A stretch of DNA of 63,797 nt, filler included, from Lenisia limosa (taxonomy: Eukaryota > Protista > Breviatea): the NCBI GenBank assembly GCA_001655205.1. It is 4 parts of 4 records of this genome, joined end to end, with 100 filler letters (N's around TTAATTAATTAA, not from the genome) between each part and the next. Parts side by side here need not be neighbours in the genome. Positions count along the whole stretch, not along the records: positions 61,391 to 63,797 come from LPNZ01009498.1; 3 more parts are not named here. One strand, 5' to 3'. The notes under the pieces were generated by a model. The model had not been told where the DNA came from, ran no database searches, and saw only the letters and a program-made list of their open reading frames with translations. This document shows positions 63,565-63,797 of this stretch, in pieces. The position numbers and the translations under genes are program-made. Numbering within the stretch: position 1 is the stretch's first letter; the number at the start of each line of letters is the position of its first letter.

Positions 63565-63797
63565 GCCAAAACTAGAGAGTTAGTATTGAAATTTGGTTGA
63601 GTGTTTATTTGTTTCTCTTGATTTTATTTAATCAACATGAACTAAATTATATGAAAAACTAGAGAGGTAACTGTAATTTGTTTATGGTATCTCTGTCTTG
63701 ATTTGCTTCATTAGATTTTATTAAATCTATATGCAAAACTAGAGAGTTAAATGTTTCTGCTGGATTTTTTTATTTTCTATTACTCTTGCTTTCAAAA
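63565..63797. repeat. Degenerate ~80-87-bp tandem repeat x3
   Basis: aaaactagagag(t/g)ta recurs at ~63568, ~63656 and ~63735 with similar AT-rich downstream sequence. Confidence 0.6.

Overview
Intron-dense eukaryotic genomic DNA from a gapped draft assembly. An enkurin gene implies a ciliated or flagellated lineage; the taxon cannot be fixed from sequence alone. The window is four unrelated contigs joined by artificial N44-TTAATTAATTAA-N44 linkers (26728, 57600, 61291), so adjacency across those points is not biological. I spliced genes by eye at GT-AG sites, so exon boundaries are approximate. Contig 1 holds a 3'-truncated large surface protein (signal peptide, receptor-L-like repeats, Gly-rich segments, Cys-rich repeats), an unknown extracellular-type gene, enkurin, a PhnP-like metallo-beta-lactamase hydrolase, a divergent tandem class III cyclase and a probable coilin. 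Contig 2 holds a ~23.5-kb giant receptor-like gene (LamG, cadherin-like, filamin-like and Cys-rich repeats plus a multi-pass membrane domain), GINS4/SLD5, a secreted unknown and a partial prolidase. Contig 3 is a xanthine dehydrogenase fragment. Contig 4 is an acidic Ser/Glu-rich unknown. The most notable non-genic signals are a ~100-bp hAT-type MITE family in introns, tandem duplications that copy 3' splice sites (one 5-fold and in frame), and G-runs near intron 5' ends with C-runs near 3' ends. I recognised no rRNA, tRNA or CRISPR array.
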